DNA of 64,000 nucleotides from assembly GCA_977017575.1 (NCBI GenBank), contig CDRNVI010000039.1:620001-684000 (forward strand), given 5' to 3'. This DNA comes from Paramoeba atlantica (lineage: Eukaryota > Protista > Discosea). How positions within the stretch are numbered: the first letter of the stretch is position 1; each line of letters opens with the position of its first letter. The translations under genes were made by a program, and so were the position numbers. The notes under the pieces were generated by a model. It made no database searches. It worked only from the letters and a program-made list of their open reading frames with translations, and was not told the origin of the DNA. Shown here piece by piece: positions 41,656-53,057 of the stretch.

Positions 41656-41932
41656 GAGAATTAAAATATGCAAGGATCAAAGAGTATAAAAACGATGTCA
41701 AGAATCACAGACAGAACCTCCCACTATATATCCTGCCTTTACACTGATTCGTACCTTTTCATAAGGCTATTAAGTTTTTCCATAATCCGTGACTGTACTA
41801 CTTGAAACTACGCGCCTACTTCCCGAACGTGTGAAATACTGCAATTTCTGCGCCTCCCACTACGAAATCAACCTTTACCGATCACAGATACAATTTACGG
41901 AATCCATCTAATCCACTCAGTTTATTAAAACT

Positions 41933-43018
41933 TCAACTCGTCGACTCAAGTGCGGCGTTGGTCATTTTCATGATCCCTTCCTCGGTTTTATTTCCTCCAA
42001 TGAATCCCGAAGCGTGAACGAAAACACAACCCTCTACATGACACGCGCGCGAGAGCTCCTCATCGCGTAGACCTTTCCAAGGCAAGGCTTTGCGACTGGA
42101 AAATCCTCCCTGAGTCTCCGGTACCGCCATCACTCTCCACTCCCCCATCGTGTCCTGAAACAGCACATACAGAAACCGACCCTTCAAGGCAAGCTCCTCC
42201 TCTAAATCAAAGAGGTGATCTTTCCAGGGCAATCCCCCAGCGCTCAGCTTAAGCACACGCCCGGAGGGGTGAACCTCCGCGGCGCCCATCACGGCCTCCC
42301 TCACCAAGGCGCGTGCCGGGAACCACGAGGCACAGACCTGTTCCACAGCCTCGAAGAACTCGTGACACGTCAGCTCCATGGCCTGCGTGAACCGACGCGC
42401 GACCACCTCCTCACCGCTCTCCTCGTTCCACCGCGGGTTAAGCCGCGCCACCCGTGCGGGAAGCGAGCTGGGGACAAAGTAATTCGCCGTCGGTTTCCCT
42501 TGAAACGGATCCACCCCGTTGTCATTCCCATCAATGTGCTCAATAAAATGTCGATAGACCCGGTCGTACAACAGCTCCAAGTCTTTTTCCGTATTCTCCA
42601 GTCGCACGCCGTATTCCTCACAGTAGCTCTTCAGCAGGGATTTCCCGAAGTGCCGATAGACGAGTCCCGCACTGCTGAGTCGTGTGGCGTAGCCGCGGTG
42701 GGCCGTGCGGAAGGTGTCCTGGAACTCCGGCTGGTGGTGGTCCAGCCGCAGCCGCCCGGGGTCGTACACGCAGCCGACATCCACAACCGCCTGGGCCTTT
42801 TCCAAGAACCCCGGGGTACGGGTCCGCAGCACAACGGCGTCCACGAACGGGGGGGCGTGGAGCAGCAGCCCGCAGGCCAGGGCCTCGTCGCAGTGGAAGG
42901 TGCCGTTGTGGGTGGCAATCACACAGGAGGGGAGGGGGAGGGGGGGCTCGGGAAGGGTGTGGAGGACGGAGACGGAGCGAAGACGCTGGGAGATTTTTTC
43001 GCGTAGCGCAGCTCTCAT
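41933..43018 (-). CDS. MYG1: MYG1 (UPF0160) exonuclease
   Basis: THNGTFHCDEALA, VVDVG, DHHQ, LSSAGLVY, IDGNDNG and FVHASGFIGG. Confidence 0.95.
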   Translation of the reverse strand: MRAALREKISQRLRSVSVLHTLPEPPLPLPSCVIATHNGTFHCDEALACGLLLHAPPFVDAVVLRTRTPGFLEKAQAVVDVGCVYDPGRLRLDHHQPEFQDTFRTAHRGYATRLSSAGLVYRHFGKSLLKSYCEEYGVRLENTEKDLELLYDRVYRHFIEHIDGNDNGVDPFQGKPTANYFVPSSLPARVARLNPRWNEESGEEVVARRFTQAMELTCHEFFEAVEQVCASWFPARALVREAVMGAAEVHPSGRVLKLSAGGLPWKDHLFDLEEELALKGRFLYVLFQDTMGEWRVMAVPETQGGFSSRKALPWKGLRDEELSRACHVEGCVFVHASGFIGGNKTEEGIMKMTNAALESTS

Positions 43019-43260
43019 GGTTTTGGAGGGGTGTAAAAAAGGTTACGCTTTTTTATTATTATTTTTTCTGCTTTTTATCCGTAAAAATACAATCTGACAG
43101 ATTCTGTGGTCTTGGACAATAAAAAGCAGAATGCTCCAATCTTTGCAAAGCATTTGGGAGTCTGTAGACGACGGGCTAAAATATTAAATAAATTCGATAA
43201 AATTGGAACAATATTCGTGAGTTGACGGGTCGGTTGTTCAGGGTATATCAAATGTCGAAT

Positions 43261-44013
43261 TCATTTGACCTGTTTTGATTTCCTTTTTTGTTTCGAATTT
43301 TCCTTACTCTTTGAAGGTCTATTCTTTGTTACTGATAATGAGATCATGCCAGATAAGCCGCGTCCAAGTTCAAAAGTGCCTTTAGGTCCTATTCTGTTCT
43401 TGTTGAGTTTTAAGAAGAAGGGTTCACCAAAGGCTGCCATCTTGAGAGCAAGACTAATTTCCACGGCACCGGAATCCGAGATGCCGCACTGCGCAAAATC
43501 CAAAACATGTAGATCAACATTTTTGACATGCGTTCTGCTCGGCTCTATGAATGGTTCTAAGCGGCAAATGCTTCTCGTAATCATCACCGCCCCGAAATCA
43601 CCTAAAGGGTTATCCGCTAACTTTAAAATTTTGAGCACTGTGTTGCGATGGAGCTGCAAACAATAAATAAGTTCAAGAACTGGGCACCTTACACTTTCTT
43701 TTTCTGATCCGTGGCTCAAAATTCCTTGTGTGATCTGTAGAGTTGTAGGACTTGATATTGTATGCTTCCTAGAGGTTTTAATGATATTGTGACTTAGGTC
43801 TAACACTGACAAAGTCTCTAGGTGCAGCTTTAAAGAGGGGAAAACATGAGATGCCAGCTTTTCAGCACTAAGTCGAGCAGATAGTACCCATTTGTGTACA
43901 TTTGAAAACGACTTCAATTCTGCTTCATATTCCTGCAATTGTCTTTCTGTGAGTGATGAATTGCGCAGTATTACCCAATCGCTCCGCCGGTCTTGGTGCA
44001 GTACTCGTTTCAT
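43261..44013 (-). CDS. Leucine-rich-repeat (RNI-like) protein
   Basis: LDLSHN, LKLADNPLGDFGA, LDFAQCGISDSGA and LKLNKNRIGPKG. Confidence 0.8.
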   Translation of the reverse strand: MKRVLHQDRRSDWVILRNSSLTERQLQEYEAELKSFSNVHKWVLSARLSAEKLASHVFPSLKLHLETLSVLDLSHNIIKTSRKHTISSPTTLQITQGILSHGSEKESVRCPVLELIYCLQLHRNTVLKILKLADNPLGDFGAVMITRSICRLEPFIEPSRTHVKNVDLHVLDFAQCGISDSGAVEISLALKMAAFGEPFFLKLNKNRIGPKGTFELGRGLSGMISLSVTKNRPSKSKENSKQKRKSKQVK

Positions 44014-44256
44014 TACATGGTAAAAGGATTACAGTATTCCTCCAAAAGAAAAAAGAAAATTCTTCAAAAAAGACATTCTACGAATGCAGATAATGTTTAT
44101 CAAATTTGCAAAAGCAATAAAATTGTTGAGTTAGCGTATTTCTATATCGGGCAATACGCAAACACGGGCCGCTTTTTATAGTATAACAAACATGTACAAT
44201 GCACATTGTCTCGGGTTCTGAATTATGCGCATGGGGGAATAAGTCGGAGCTCAATT

Positions 44257-47200
44257 TTACGAGTCGTAGGTTGTCAAGGGTTCTTTTTTACCTTTTTTCA
44301 CTTTTTTGGACTTGGATGTGTCCCTTTTCTGACTCTTAGGCTTCTTCGCTGATGATTTTGATTGCTTTTTTGTAGCTTTTGATAGACTTACACTTTCATT
44401 GTCATTTGAATCTGAATCAGATATTCCAACCTCCGGGGTTTCGTGGGAACGGACTACTGAAGAATCGGAATCAACTGCATCTGGCTTGGTGCACTGGTCT
44501 ACTGTTCGAATAGTAGTTGAATTAGTGCTTTCCAGTGTACCATCCACAGATGAGGAAACCGGTTCGTCGTCGATGTTCCCTTCATCTGATCGTGGTGACT
44601 GACACTTCATACATTCCTCTCGATGTGCGAAGTTGCTCCATCCACAAAGAAGACACGACCACTTTTTTTTGGATCCAGGTAAGAACATTTGCTTCCTCGG
44701 GTTCGGCATCATGCATTTGGAACATTCATTCCTTGTATCAGAGTTTTGATTTCCACATAAACAGTCCCATGTAGATGTTGCGCTTGAATCCGAATCCTCA
44801 ATATCACTTGTTCTCAGAGTAGAACACGCCATACATAGTGTCCGGGAAGCAAAGTTCCTGTACGAGCAAAATCGACAGCTCCAATCGCCATCTCGAGCAC
44901 CAGGACCGAGTTTTGTTACTTCGACATTTTCATCCCCTTTTGGCAACGAGCACCGTTTACAGGCAGCGCGTGATGCAAAATTAGGAAAACTGCATGATTT
45001 ACAAACCCAGTCCTGCCGTTGAATACTCTTCTCACGCGTTATTTTACATAGGCAACACTCTGCCGACGACGACGGATTTTTCTGACCACAACGGCATTCC
45101 CATTCAGACTCCGATGAGCTTGAACTCGTACTGTGACTAGAGGGATTCGGACGGTCTCTTGAACACGAAAGACATTGTTTCATGCGGGGATCGTGATGAG
45201 ATCCACATGTACAGGTCCAAGTTGATTCAGCCATTGGAGCGCTACATTTGAAGCAGTCGTTTCTTCGACTAAAGTTAAGTGCACCACATTTACAAGTCCA
45301 CTCTCCATGTACGGATATAGAAGATGAAGCGGAAGATATATGAGTTGTGGCACTTGATTGCGGCAAAGCACACTTATTGCATGACGCGCGGGAGCGATAG
45401 TTCAAGTAACCGCAGACACAAAGCCAATCACCAGGCCGGCCCGTGTTTTGCGCAGCACGCGTATTTGGACTATGCCGCTGATTAATTGAATTATCTTCTA
45501 CTTCAGGCAACTTAGCTCTGCACGCAAAACATTCATCTTGATTCCCTTTATTCACGCGACCGCACTTACAAAGTCGTTTCGCTGCAAAGTTTAAGGCACT
45601 GGAACCTTTATCCTTCAAGGAACTTTGATCATTCGCTGTCTTCGCCGTATTACACCTAAAACAAAATTTCCTCGATGTAAAATTGAGCCCCCTACAGCTT
45701 GGACATAGCCAATCCCCTGGCCTCTGTTCTACTGACACCCTGCCCATAGTTCTTGCTTGTTCTGACACATTCATTGTAACACGATCGCCAGCACTTATGC
45801 TCGTTCGAGGCTTCATACATCCAAAGCAATCTTTACGTTGCGCAAAGTTCTGCATGCCGCACTCACAATGCCAATCATCCATGGAGTTCGCTGGATTTAT
45901 TGCAGCAGCAGGAGTTGTGCCTGTAGGACGCAAGTTTTGACATTTCAGACATTGCAATTGACGAGATAAATTTACGCACCCGCAAATGCAAGTCCAGTCT
46001 GCTTCATCACCGTAGGACAACTCACCTCTCTTATCTGTGTCCTGTGATGTGCACATCGTATTCATCGACTTACGTGTCTTGGAACATTGTGGGCATATTT
46101 CAAAGGCAGTGGGAGAAGAATATCCGCAGTCACAGCTGATTTCACTCACCTCAGTTCGAGGTGCACACTGATCTTTTGATGTCGCCCGGCACTTTATGCA
46201 GTTCGCTCGCGATGCAAAGTTAAAAGTATGACAGTTTTGGCAATACCAATTCATCTTGTTGTTCGGTTGTGTGCCGTACTCTACGAGAGGACTGTCGGCG
46301 CTCCGAGCTGTCCCGCAGCGAAAACACGAAGCACGTCGAGCAAAATTTATTGCGCGACACGTACACCTCCAATCCATTTTTGGGGCTACATTTTCACGAG
46401 AAACGCTACCAACAGCACTTGACTTTCCACATTGTGGACAAAAAAGAGCAGACATGGAATTCGTTATCCCACAAACACATTTCCAAGACACTTCCTTCGC
46501 AGCTATAGGCAAGTCGGATGATTTGTTGGCGTGACATGCTGTACATGTCGAAGTCAGAGAATTGGCTTGTCCACAGTGGCAGCGCCATGCATCTTGTGAA
46601 TTTGCCTTAGGCAACTTGGGATTCAGACAGACCCTGCATTCGTGTCGGGATGCAAAATTTACGAACCTACATACACTGCATTTCCAGTCCAAACGCCGTT
46701 CTGTTTGGGTGGAAGAAATTGCGCCACAAGCTTTGCATTTCTGAGCATTCTCATCGTTTTCCGCGGTGCATGTGGAGCAGAACCATGACAAAGTTGTTTC
46801 CTTGGTTCCTGAAGGTGATGCGGGCTCAACAGCTCGTTGAAAAGAGCATGAAAAGCATCTTTCGTCCGATCCCGAATTTGTAAAACCACACTGTTCGCAT
46901 TCCCATTTATCAACATTTAGTTGTTGCCCTGATGTACTGTTTCGTGACAGAGTAGCCTTTGTATTGTCACGTATTTCTTCATTTAGATTGCTGTGTGATG
47001 AACGTTGGACACCTAATTGCGATGCCGCAGACATTTTCGCAGTGTCACAAGCCTGGCATGTATTTGTACTCGACGAATTTGCCTTCCCACAGAAGCAATA
47101 CCATGTTGACTGCAGCGGGAGATTGACATCAGTATTAGTAGCACGCTGATCAGATTTTTTCTCAAGCTTCTCTGAGGATCGAATAGCGCCACTCTCGGAA

Positions 47201-48153
47201 TTTCCTTTCCTGAAAGGGTTCGCGCTGAACCAGGTAGTTCGAATGGGAACGCCTTGTACTCGGTCTCGAGGGCATTTCGAACACATTAATGCTTTGGCTA
47301 CATTTATGTGACGACAAGAACTGCATATCCATTCTCCGTTGTCAAATTTTCCCGTCTGATTAATCTTGGGCAACAACCCATGTGCTCTCTTGGTACTGCA
47401 GTTCGGGCACTGATAGACTTCGTCGAAAAGAAGAGCTCCGCATTTACAAATCCAACCATTGATTTTTGCTTCGTTCGAGAAAGCAACACCAGCCTTTAAT
47501 ACATTTTTATGATGTTGTGCATGATCTGGGCATTCGAGTGCTTCCACATTTTTATTCGTGAGGTCCAAAGTCTCTCTATTTTCACAATTTAGTTCATCGT
47601 CTTTTTGAACTGTCCTGGGGGATAAGATACTAGTAAAAGCATTTTCTGTTTCAATTTCTTCAAGCGGAATCTCCAGATCAGGCGAGTCATCTAGTATGCA
47701 TGGTTCCTTACCACATGTGCTACATGAGTACGATGTGGTTGAATTCGGAGACCCGCATGTACACGTCCAGGTAGAATTTTCTGTTCCGTTTTGATTTTTT
47801 TGTAATATCTGGTTCGTAGGTGTATTCTCCTTTAATGTTTTTGATTCTCCAGTGCGCTTGACCGTTTTACAGACACTAAGGTTGATCTCGGGAGCCGTAG
47901 GTTTTTCTTGAAATGCTGTGTTGGGTTCCTGTACGCCCCTTCGAGTTTGGCACTTCATACATAATAGCCGATTCGGATAATTCATAAAGTTGCACAATGG
48001 ACAAGCCCAAGACGTTTTCGTCTCTTCCCACGTTCCTTGAGTAAAAGACTGCTGCAAATATTTTCCTGATGACCAAATACTTCGTGTATTTTGGTAGTGG
48101 ATGGAAGTACGACTAAGACAAGACAGAGGCCCCGTCCAAACAGGTCGATACAT
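44257..48153 (-). CDS. Multi-RanBP2-type zinc-finger protein (25 fingers)
   Basis: Repeated W-x-C-x(1,2)-C-x3-N-x5-C-x2-C units, many with NFAxR. Confidence 0.9.
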   Translation of the reverse strand: MYRPVWTGPLSCLSRTSIHYQNTRSIWSSGKYLQQSFTQGTWEETKTSWACPLCNFMNYPNRLLCMKCQTRRGVQEPNTAFQEKPTAPEINLSVCKTVKRTGESKTLKENTPTNQILQKNQNGTENSTWTCTCGSPNSTTSYSCSTCGKEPCILDDSPDLEIPLEEIETENAFTSILSPRTVQKDDELNCENRETLDLTNKNVEALECPDHAQHHKNVLKAGVAFSNEAKINGWICKCGALLFDEVYQCPNCSTKRAHGLLPKINQTGKFDNGEWICSSCRHINVAKALMCSKCPRDRVQGVPIRTTWFSANPFRKGNSESGAIRSSEKLEKKSDQRATNTDVNLPLQSTWYCFCGKANSSSTNTCQACDTAKMSAASQLGVQRSSHSNLNEEIRDNTKATLSRNSTSGQQLNVDKWECEQCGFTNSGSDERCFSCSFQRAVEPASPSGTKETTLSWFCSTCTAENDENAQKCKACGAISSTQTERRLDWKCSVCRFVNFASRHECRVCLNPKLPKANSQDAWRCHCGQANSLTSTCTACHANKSSDLPIAAKEVSWKCVCGITNSMSALFCPQCGKSSAVGSVSRENVAPKMDWRCTCRAINFARRASCFRCGTARSADSPLVEYGTQPNNKMNWYCQNCHTFNFASRANCIKCRATSKDQCAPRTEVSEISCDCGYSSPTAFEICPQCSKTRKSMNTMCTSQDTDKRGELSYGDEADWTCICGCVNLSRQLQCLKCQNLRPTGTTPAAAINPANSMDDWHCECGMQNFAQRKDCFGCMKPRTSISAGDRVTMNVSEQARTMGRVSVEQRPGDWLCPSCRGLNFTSRKFCFRCNTAKTANDQSSLKDKGSSALNFAAKRLCKCGRVNKGNQDECFACRAKLPEVEDNSINQRHSPNTRAAQNTGRPGDWLCVCGYLNYRSRASCNKCALPQSSATTHISSASSSISVHGEWTCKCGALNFSRRNDCFKCSAPMAESTWTCTCGSHHDPRMKQCLSCSRDRPNPSSHSTSSSSSESEWECRCGQKNPSSSAECCLCKITREKSIQRQDWVCKSCSFPNFASRAACKRCSLPKGDENVEVTKLGPGARDGDWSCRFCSYRNFASRTLCMACSTLRTSDIEDSDSSATSTWDCLCGNQNSDTRNECSKCMMPNPRKQMFLPGSKKKWSCLLCGWSNFAHREECMKCQSPRSDEGNIDDEPVSSSVDGTLESTNSTTIRTVDQCTKPDAVDSDSSVVRSHETPEVGISDSDSNDNESVSLSKATKKQSKSSAKKPKSQKRDTSKSKKVKKGKKEPLTTYDS

Positions 48154-48623
48154 GTTATTGAGGTACTTTTATAGACACGATTCGAGCGGAACTGTGATAG
48201 GTTTACGGCATAGTTATACCAGAGTAGAGATACTGTATGCTCAATATAAATTTTATTAACTCGCTGTCTAAATACCAATTTCTTTTTTATTGTGGATACA
48301 AAAAATCAGAGTAAAAAACATCAGATCCAAAAGAATCAATACAACATTTAAAAGCTCTCTCCACACCTTTTCACGCACATGGTGTGTATTCGAGCACTAG
48401 CAAAGAAAACTTTTCGTTAATCAGTTATATTTCGATCTTTTTATTTTTCATTTCCGACGCTTTTTTTAGAACGCGGCTTTTTAATACAGGCTCGTGATAA
48501 ATAATACTGGCACGAGAACTAACTGAATTATGAAATCCTAAAATCAAAACATAAGTCAACAAATTGAGAAACCCGATCAATAAAAGGCAAAACAATCGAG
48601 TACAACTTACAGAATGACGCTAT

Positions 48624-49235
48624 TTATACCTTATTCCACGCTGCAATATCCATAGACTGAACGTCGTCTTCGAATTGCATAATCATGTCCTCGATATCAT
48701 CCGATGAAACTTTGTCATCTTCTATAACGATCATCACCTTCAGCTTCTTAATACCGAAGGCAATGGTGTCCAAACGGTGTGCGCCCCACACAAGGCCATC
48801 TTTATCTATCGCACGGAGTTTTTTCATTAAAGCTTCAAGATCGGTTGTGTCGTCCCAAGGCTTGATGTCTATGACAATATTCGACTTTGCAATAACAGCA
48901 GGTTTGGCTTTCTTCTTGGTCTCTTCCTCCTTCTTGCGTGCCTCCAGTGCTGCTTGCTCCTCTTCCGTGACTTCTCCAAACAAATCGACGTCATCATCCT
49001 CTTCCGCAGGCGCACTCTTCTTACTTTGGGGTTCCGCTTTCGGTTTACTGTCACTCACAGTTTGCATTCCCTTTCGTTCAGACGCAAAATAGGAAGCCAT
49101 ACGTGCCGCCCAGGAGATTACTTTCGCATTGTTGCCAAACATTTGTTGAAACAACTCAGCGTCTGCCTTGGAAGGTACGTACCCCTCAACATAGGGCTTT
49201 GTGAGAAGTTTTTTGTTAATCTCTGACAGGGACAT
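48624..49235 (-). CDS. EEF1B: Translation elongation factor 1-beta
   Basis: DDDVDLFG, KPAVIAKSNIVIDIKPWDD, GLVWGA and FGIKKL. Confidence 0.96.
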   Translation of the reverse strand: MSLSEINKKLLTKPYVEGYVPSKADAELFQQMFGNNAKVISWAARMASYFASERKGMQTVSDSKPKAEPQSKKSAPAEEDDDVDLFGEVTEEEQAALEARKKEEETKKKAKPAVIAKSNIVIDIKPWDDTTDLEALMKKLRAIDKDGLVWGAHRLDTIAFGIKKLKVMIVIEDDKVSSDDIEDMIMQFEDDVQSMDIAAWNKV

Positions 49236-49630
49236 GATAAAGTGTTAAAGAAAATATACGGAAAAACCAAGCCTATTTTAGAAACGCGAGCGCTATCCAA
49301 TACGTTTCCTGTGGGTACCGTAAGCACTTACAGTTTAGCATAAAATCCTTGTTCTTTCCCCCCTCTGGTGCATCGAATATGATACATTTTTAAAGTAAAG
49401 TTTATAATAAAACAACACCATTTTTAAAACATTTATCATTCCATTTTCCGAACTGCTGCTTCATACCCACGTTAGGGAACACACCCACAACAAATTCGAA
49501 TATGTACATTACGGGATCGAAATTGCATAAACACACGAAAACGTCTTGATTTAAAAACCCTGTACATCGGGATCGTTTTTACACTGCCCCTCCAAACCAC
49601 TTACCGTCCCCTTTGCGTGCATTCTCCTCC

Positions 49631-49987
49631 TCACACGCTCTCCCCCGCCTCGAGTTTCTCCCGGATCTCCTCCAGGAACGGCATCACGCGCTCGTACTGT
49701 ATCCGCATCCGCGCCATCCCCTCCTCCCCCTCCAGCTCGGTGCCGTCGCTCACGTACAGGTCCGAGGTGTCGGGGGCGTACTGCGAGTTCCCGGACCAGC
49801 GGGAGTAGGAGGCGTTGTAGAAGAAGAAGACCCAGGCCCCGAGCATGCACCCCGCGAGCAGCTGCTGCGTGCGGTGGAGGGAGGCGTTCCAGATCCCCGA
49901 CTCCCCGGGGTTGGTGTAGAAGTAGGACCGGCGGCAGCAGGAGAGCAGGGGGGCGGAGGGGAGCCGGGGGCGGGGGAAGGCTCGCAT
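49631..49987 (-). CDS. Small hypothetical single-TM protein (possibly mitochondrial)
   Basis: ATG ORF with high GC3, an Arg-rich N-terminus and one hydrophobic segment. Confidence 0.6.
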   Translation of the reverse strand: MRAFPRPRLPSAPLLSCCRRSYFYTNPGESGIWNASLHRTQQLLAGCMLGAWVFFFYNASYSRWSGNSQYAPDTSDLYVSDGTELEGEEGMARMRIQYERVMPFLEEIREKLEAGESV

Positions 49988-50145
49988 AGAGGGGGTATGT
50001 AATAAATTGGAAAGAAAAAAAGAGGTTTAGAGTGATCGATTTTAGAAGTTATTTTTTAAGAAATTATTGAATGATGTGTTATTTAGTTGTGAATAAGAGT
50101 TTAAAAATAGCGGTATAATATTTAAAAATGCTGCACAACGGGGTG

Positions 50146-50430
50146 TTAACTCGTGGGATGATGAATTTGCTTGTACGCGAGTAAGTGTCCTGTTTTGGGG
50201 TCTCGTATGGGTATAAAACGATAGGACATAATATCCTCTTTTGGTGGATCGGGAAAGGCATTGTTGCTGTCCAACAATGTGGTTTGGAAGTATTCACTTG
50301 TGTAGACAAGATAACCTACAAGCAGCGTCAAAGGGGGCATGAGGGTCATTTCCCATGTACGTGATGGAATCGTTTTGAGTCTAAGTCGGAATTTCTCGAG
50401 CCCACGACTGAAATACATTCTAGGAATCAT
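50146..50430 (-). CDS. Small hypothetical single-TM protein
   Basis: ATG ORF of 94 aa with a basic N-terminus and hydrophobic LMPPLTLLVGYLVY. Confidence 0.5.
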   Translation of the reverse strand: MIPRMYFSRGLEKFRLRLKTIPSRTWEMTLMPPLTLLVGYLVYTSEYFQTTLLDSNNAFPDPPKEDIMSYRFIPIRDPKTGHLLAYKQIHHPTS

Positions 50431-50734
50431 GAGGAATAGGAGAACAAATTTTGAGCTTCTTTGAACACATGGAATTTATGTATTGTAAACTGTGATTCCG
50501 TATTGCAAAATCTAATATTTATATCGCAAAATAAACCCTTTTCCGGTTAAACAAAAGTTAACCGAATTTAGATTAGAACGTTTTCTCCACAGCTATCGTA
50601 CTTTGGTCCTTTCGTCGGATAAACCGGTATAAGCACCTGATATGTGCACTGAACAGGGCACAATACATGGCATTGCAAAAGAATCATCGCATCGTTCAGC
50701 TCTCTGGCTGTTCTTCCCAGCGGCATGACGCAGT

Positions 50735-51466
50735 TTGTTCGATCTGTGGATATCGTTTACGCTTCCAAGTTCGGACAAATCTTACACTGTAAACTATCAT
50801 CAGGTTTGGTTGCAGCAAGGTTGTAGCAATATTTGTTCAAAATCAGCAGCAGAGGAAATAACTAAATGCTTGAATGAATCTCACGAACAGACATGCAATC
50901 GTGTTATCTTTACGGAAGAAAAAATATTTGACACTAATGATACCCGAAACAATGTGGGTAGCGCCCGGTCGAAAAGCAGTCCCGCGTCAAAAGGTACGTT
51001 CAAAAGGAGTACGGTTCCGTACCTTTTTGAATGTTCTGAAGTATTCCGATATTCTCATACTTTTCTCTTCAACGGGAAGATCACCTCGACTCGCGATTTG
51101 TCTTCACGTACTCGGTCCACGTCACCGGCACAGTTTCCCCCCGCAATGTCTACGACTGTTGAACGGGATACCATGACAGCAAGCGACATACGGCGAATGT
51201 GTACCCTAATCCGAGAGAGGTTAATCCTAGTGCCTAGTGAAAGCCCTACCCTTGGCACTACGGCCCATTGGAAGCGCAAAGATTATCAATCAAGGAAAGT
51301 ATCTAACGCAAAAGTACGAAAGGAAGGTTTGGAGCTCTACGCGGTGTGGGAAAATGAAGGAGCGAAGGAATTGAAATTTCCGCATCAGGACATGGAGTAT
51401 TACGAAATTCAAGTTGAGGATCCCGATATTCCGGTTGATTTTACACACATTCGAGTATTAATCTGA
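50735..51466 (+). other. Antisense 243-codon open frame (TE or pseudogene relic?)
   Basis: Long open frame opposite to the gene strand; first ATG only at 51147; no motif recognised. Confidence 0.3.
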
Positions 51467-51720
51467 CAAGCTATAGAAGACACAACACTATCGAACCCCG
51501 TTAGGCTACAATATGTTTGCGCAATTTAGGTATACTTCGTCGGTAACCCCTTACTGCATAGGTGGGTCCTTTACTTGGATATTACTCGTAAAGAACAAAA
51601 CATATCAAAATAATCTACTTGTCGGTGGGATATGCACATCCCCCAAACAATACTCAATGCGTTCAACGAACAGAGAAACCTATTCATAGAACACGCAGGC
51701 CTCTTATGAGAAAAATACCA

Positions 51721-52290
51721 TCAAATACCTTTTCGACGTTTACCAGCGGCAGGCTGTTGTTTGAGACGATCCTGCAAGAAAAGAGTAATTCTCTCTGCAT
51801 CCTCATTCGTATTATTCTCGAACGAAAATACTTTGCCTTCCGGGTAGCTCATCCTCGCCTCGTCCTCGCATATGCGAAATATCTCAGCTTCCATGTTCTC
51901 CTGACGTTTCTTTACACTATAGCCCCTGTCGGAGAGACGATCAAAAAGAGATTCAGTGGAACACTTGAGCACCACGACCACACTCTGAGGGTGGCCCATA
52001 ACCCATCTCTCGGGAAATAAGCCACAGGAATGATAATCCAAGAGGACGACCTCGCTGCTGGTGGCCAACTCTCTCTCCAAATGATCAAGGAGTTTTCCTT
52101 CGTCCAAAACATGTGTCTCTAATTTTTCATCGTAAGAATCGACATATCCATTCTCTTTTGCAATGGCGCTGATGTCAAGGTGCTTGGCATTCAATAACTT
52201 TTCCACACGCCGGCATAGACTGCTTTTTCCCGTTCCCGGAGTTCCCGTAATAACAATAACGGGAAAATCCATAGGTTTGCTATTGGTCAT
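51721..52290 (-). CDS. AK6: Adenylate kinase isoenzyme 6 (Fap7/hCINAP)
   Basis: ITGTPGTGKS, LLDYHSCGLFPERW, VLKCSTESLFDRL and ENMEAEIF. Confidence 0.93.
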   Translation of the reverse strand: MTNSKPMDFPVIVITGTPGTGKSSLCRRVEKLLNAKHLDISAIAKENGYVDSYDEKLETHVLDEGKLLDHLERELATSSEVVLLDYHSCGLFPERWVMGHPQSVVVVLKCSTESLFDRLSDRGYSVKKRQENMEAEIFRICEDEARMSYPEGKVFSFENNTNEDAERITLFLQDRLKQQPAAGKRRKGI

Positions 52291-52599
52291 GTTTGAAAAC
52301 AGTAAGAGAGACAAAATTCATTCAAAAAAATCTCCTTTTCTCTCACTGTACGAAATCGTTGGTTCACCGGCACTATAAACGTAGGTTGAAAACAAGTAAA
52401 ATTTGTTTGAACAACCATGCCCAAAAGGACTCAGGAAAAAGTTTTTGATCTTTCGTTCATCTCTTTCCTTATTTATTTTTTTAGCTTACTTACCAGACCA
52501 CGCGTTTTTTCGATCAGATGTGCCCCCTACCTCTAATGGTAAGACCCCAAAAAACGTCCGAAATATGGGGAGAATACGAAATATGGGGAGAATCGGGTA

Positions 52600-52765
52600 T
52601 TTGTACCAAAAGTTGGATTATTCTGGATCGTTTCGCAATTTTCTCCTTTTTAGTCTCTTCATTAAACGCGGAAGCAGTTCTCAACGCGAAGGGGGTAGCC
52701 GTGGTGGCTTCCAAGAGGGTTCAAACTGGATGGGAGTGTCTGGGAGCGCCTGGGAGCGCACCTTC
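52600..52765. repeat. Short derivative of the palindrome family (half palindrome + GGGAGCGCC repeats)
   Basis: TTTTAGTCTCTTCATTAAACGCGGAAGCAGTTCTCAACGCGAAG ... GGGAGTGTCTGGGAGCGCCTGGGAGCGC; similar to 1-135 and 37085-37112. Confidence 0.65.
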
Positions 52766-53057
52766 TCCTTTTTACAGGTCACCAATACCAAGTAGACCAA
52801 TGTAGTAGACCAATGTAGTATACCCTGGGCGGTCCATTGAGTATTCCAAGCATTGAAATATAAGTTGGAACGTCATGAGTATGAGTGGAAACGTTTTAAA
52901 AAGTCACGTAAAAGTTTTTTCGAGCGGAAAAAAATCATCAGAAAAAAATGGATTTTAACCTACATTTATAGTGCCGGTTACCCAAATCGTTTTACACCCC
53001 TACTCTGTTTCCTGCATCATTCCCACGATCAAATATGCTCTCCACCACGTCCCCGCT

